Assembly: GCA_043747615.1 (NCBI GenBank)
Contig: JAYTOU010000042.1
Location: 32,001-96,000 of the forward strand
Direction: 5' to 3'
Length of the DNA: 64,000 bases
Source: Myxococcales bacterium
Lineage (GTDB): Bacteria > Myxococcota_A > Polyangia > Polyangiales > Polyangiaceae
This document shows, one piece after another, positions 61,383 to 64,000 of the stretch (within the stretch, counting starts at the first letter, position 1; every line of letters begins with the position of its first letter). A model generated the notes under the pieces. It saw nothing but the letters and a program-made list of their open reading frames with translations, searched no databases and had not been told where the DNA came from. The position numbers were made by a program, and so were the translations under genes.

Positions 61383-62553
61383 AACCTTCGACGTCGAGGC
61401 GAACGTCGACAAGCCGAGCCTCGAAAACAGCGAAAAACTGCGAGCAAGGGTCTACTTCGATTGGAATGCCACGGCACCGCCCCTCGCTCGGGCGCTCGAT
61501 GCGATGCACGAGGCGTCGCTCAAGGCGTGGGCCAACCCTTCCAGCGTTCACGGAGACGGACGGCGCGCGCGGGGCTGCGTCGAAGATGCGCGGGCGAGCG
61601 TGGGAGAGCTCGCGGCGATGGATCCGCGCGACGTAATCCTCACCTCAGGCGGCACCGAGGCGAACAACCTGGCGCTCCGATCGGCGTTCCTCTCGCCGGG
61701 CGGGGTCCTGATCACCAGCAGGCTCGAGCACCCCTCCATCACCCGGGTCGCCGAGGCGCTCGCGCGCGAAGGTCGGGCGACCGTTCACTGGCTGCGTGTC
61801 GCGCCAGGCGGGGCGATCGACCTCGAGGATCTCGACCGTGCCCTCGAGGCTCCCCACGTGCGCCTCGTCGCGGTGCAGGCCGTAAACCACGAAACAGGCG
61901 TCATTCAGCCGCTCCGCGCGGTCCTCGAACGAACGGGTCATCGGGTTCCGCTGCATGTCGATGCCGTCCAAGCCTTCGGCCGCGTCGCCGAGACTGGGCA
62001 GGGGGCCGCCACTCGCAGCATGGCCGCCCACAAGATTCGCGGACCAAAAGGGATCGGCGCCCTCATCACCCGGACGGGCGTCCGTATCGAGCCTGTTCTC
62101 CTCGGCGGCGCGCAGGAGCGGGGGATCCGCCCCGGAACGATCGACCCCGTCGCGGCAGCCGGTTTCGCCGTTGCTGCCCACCACGCTGGCGATGGCGCGC
62201 TCCGCTATGCGTCCGTGGAGAAGCTCCGTGACCGACTCGAGGGCGCGCTCATCGAGCTTGCCCCCGGAGCTCAGGTGAACGGGGGAGGGGCCCGCGCGCC
62301 GCACGTAACGAACATCTCGTTCCCGCGCTGGCTCGGTCCGGAGCTCGTGGCCGCCCTCGACCTCGAAGGGATCTCGGTCTCGAGTGGGAGCGCGTGCAGC
62401 GCCGGGACGCATGAGCCATCACCGGTCATTGACGCCATGCTCGGACCCGATCGCGCCGCGTCGGCCGTCCGCATCTCCCTCGGGGAGTCGAGCACCACGG
62501 ACGAAGTAGAATTGGCGATTTCAGCCTTTTTCAAGGTGCTTCGTCGGAGCTGA
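61375..62553 (+). CDS. iscS: Cysteine desulfurase (IscS/NifS, class V aminotransferase)
   Basis: YFDWNATAP, NPSSVH, TSGGTEANN, EHPS, NHETG, HVDAVQ, AHKIRGPKG, catalytic SSGSAC. Confidence 0.88.
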   Translation: MAETFDVEANVDKPSLENSEKLRARVYFDWNATAPPLARALDAMHEASLKAWANPSSVHGDGRRARGCVEDARASVGELAAMDPRDVILTSGGTEANNLALRSAFLSPGGVLITSRLEHPSITRVAEALAREGRATVHWLRVAPGGAIDLEDLDRALEAPHVRLVAVQAVNHETGVIQPLRAVLERTGHRVPLHVDAVQAFGRVAETGQGAATRSMAAHKIRGPKGIGALITRTGVRIEPVLLGGAQERGIRPGTIDPVAAAGFAVAAHHAGDGALRYASVEKLRDRLEGALIELAPGAQVNGGGARAPHVTNISFPRWLGPELVAALDLEGISVSSGSACSAGTHEPSPVIDAMLGPDRAASAVRISLGESSTTDEVELAISAFFKVLRRS

Positions 62554-62809
62554 GAAGTCGCGTGAGATCGTAGGCGAAACTTCACAGTTCACAGTACGCA
62601 GCCCAGCGAAGCCGTGGGCATCGTTGCGAAATGCGTTGGGAGGTCTCGCGCGCGCCGCGTTCCATTGAATGGAAAACGCTCGTCGACTCGAGGCCGCACG
62701 TTCAGTGAATTCGGACGATCTCGAAACCCGATCCGGGATGGGATCCAAGCGTCGGTAACTCAAGAAAAAAACGAGCGCAGAGCCGAAGCCACCGCGCGCG
62801 CGCATCGTT

Positions 62810-64000
62810 CTAGCGAGCCCAGGCGGCCTGCTGCGGGGCGGGCGTGGCAGGCCCCGACGTTTGAATCGGAATCCAGAACGCCTTCACCCGCCCATAGCTC
62901 CCCTGGCGCTGGTAGCCCGCGAGGCCGAAGAGAACGTTCCAGAAGTAACCCTGCGGATCCTCACCGTACGAGAACAGCGGAAGGACGTGAAATTGCCAGT
63001 CGCTGCCGCCCACGGCGCGCTTCTGCATGTAGAGCGTGTTGCCAGCGACCTGGATGATCGAGTCGTCCGCGTTGGTGGAGAAGCGCCAGAATACCGGGAA
63101 GCCGACGGTCGTTCGGCCATGGAGGCTCGTGAAATCCCAGAAGACCGGGGCGAGAACGGTGTGCGACGCGCTGTCGTTGCGACCAAGGTAGACGAGCGGG
63201 TGGACGTCGGTTTCCCAGCCGTGATTGTCCTTCGAGACCACGATGCTCGGGAACGTCCACCACGTGCGGGAGACTCCGTAGCTCTCGAATTTCCCGTAGA
63301 GCGGTGTCAAAAAGTCGTGCCCCTTGGGGCTGTCCGATTGGTAGTAAAACGGCGCGACGGCGAAGGCGTGAAGCCCGATGTCCCGGTCCGTGTAGTTGTA
63401 GAAGAGCGGCAGAAGCGGGCCGATGGCGGTGAAATGCGTCGACTCGTTGCGGGTGTACGCGCTCGTGAAGAAGGGCGTGATCAGCGTGTCCGCGGTCCTC
63501 GTCACCCGGCGCAGGTAGCCAGGAACCACGAAGAGCGACGCGTCAGGGCTCTTCCCGTAGTGAAACAGAGGGAAAATCGTGGTGTGCTGCTCGCGCACGC
63601 CGCCCGTCTCGGGTTTGCCCTCGATGTGGAAGAAGATGGGAGCAACGTCGAAGATGCTGCGCTTGGGATCGCTCTTGAAGATGAGCGGGCCGACTACGGT
63701 GAGGTGGCTCTCCTCGAGCTCGCGGTAGCGATGGTAAAAAAGGAGCGGCGGGATGAGCGTGTACGCGCGCTCGTTGCCGTCCATGCTTCCGTTGTTGCCG
63801 TGGAAGAAGAACGGGACGACGCCCATGTCGACGTCGGTGCCCGTGCGGTCGCGGAAGAAGGGGCCGGAGACGGTGAACGCTGCTTCTTTGCTGTAATGCG
63901 TCGATGACAGCAGAAGCGGGACGTGAAGATACCCGGACTCCAAGCGCTTCCCCTCGAACACGAGCGGAGCCACCCAGTTGTCGTGCTCGTTCGGCGCTTC
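62810..64000 (-). CDS. Hypothetical aromatic-rich repeat protein, 5' end outside the window
   Basis: The frame is open to the window edge; many short repeats of the type (V/I)xP(L/F)(F/Y)(F/W) separated by turn-rich spacers. Confidence 0.8.
   Translation of the reverse strand, partial: EAPNEHDNWVAPLVFEGKRLESGYLHVPLLLSSTHYSKEAAFTVSGPFFRDRTGTDVDMGVVPFFFHGNNGSMDGNERAYTLIPPLLFYHRYRELEESHLTVVGPLIFKSDPKRSIFDVAPIFFHIEGKPETGGVREQHTTIFPLFHYGKSPDASLFVVPGYLRRVTRTADTLITPFFTSAYTRNESTHFTAIGPLLPLFYNYTDRDIGLHAFAVAPFYYQSDSPKGHDFLTPLYGKFESYGVSRTWWTFPSIVVSKDNHGWETDVHPLVYLGRNDSASHTVLAPVFWDFTSLHGRTTVGFPVFWRFSTNADDSIIQVAGNTLYMQKRAVGGSDWQFHVLPLFSYGEDPQGYFWNVLFGLAGYQRQGSYGRVKAFWIPIQTSGPATPAPQQAAWAR

Overview
A GC-rich bacterial chromosome segment. 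The gene content (several eukaryotic-like Ser/Thr kinases, a kinase-PEGA/TPR pair, giant TPR proteins, an MglA-family GTPase, Cys-rich lipoproteins) points to a myxobacterium, probably Polyangiales (inference, no search run). About 46 protein-coding genes are supported. Housekeeping genes include typA, atpD-atpC, dnaG, gloA, glgP, leuS, lnt and an IscS-type cysteine desulfurase. No rRNA, tRNA, CRISPR array, transposase or integrase was recognised. The most striking element is an operon at about 41.7-51.8 kb whose first four genes overlap by 4 bp. It encodes (1) a membrane-anchored Ser/Thr kinase with DFG changed to DLW, (2) a pseudokinase-TM-pentaheme cytochrome c fusion, (3) a tandem cNMP-binding / 4x[4Fe-4S] / His-bearing membrane protein, (4) a tetraheme cytochrome c / ferredoxin / FAD-NAD(P)H oxidoreductase fusion, and (5) a secreted VWA protein. 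This looks like a trans-membrane electron conduit connected to cyclic-nucleotide and kinase signalling. All functional calls come from reading motifs by eye.
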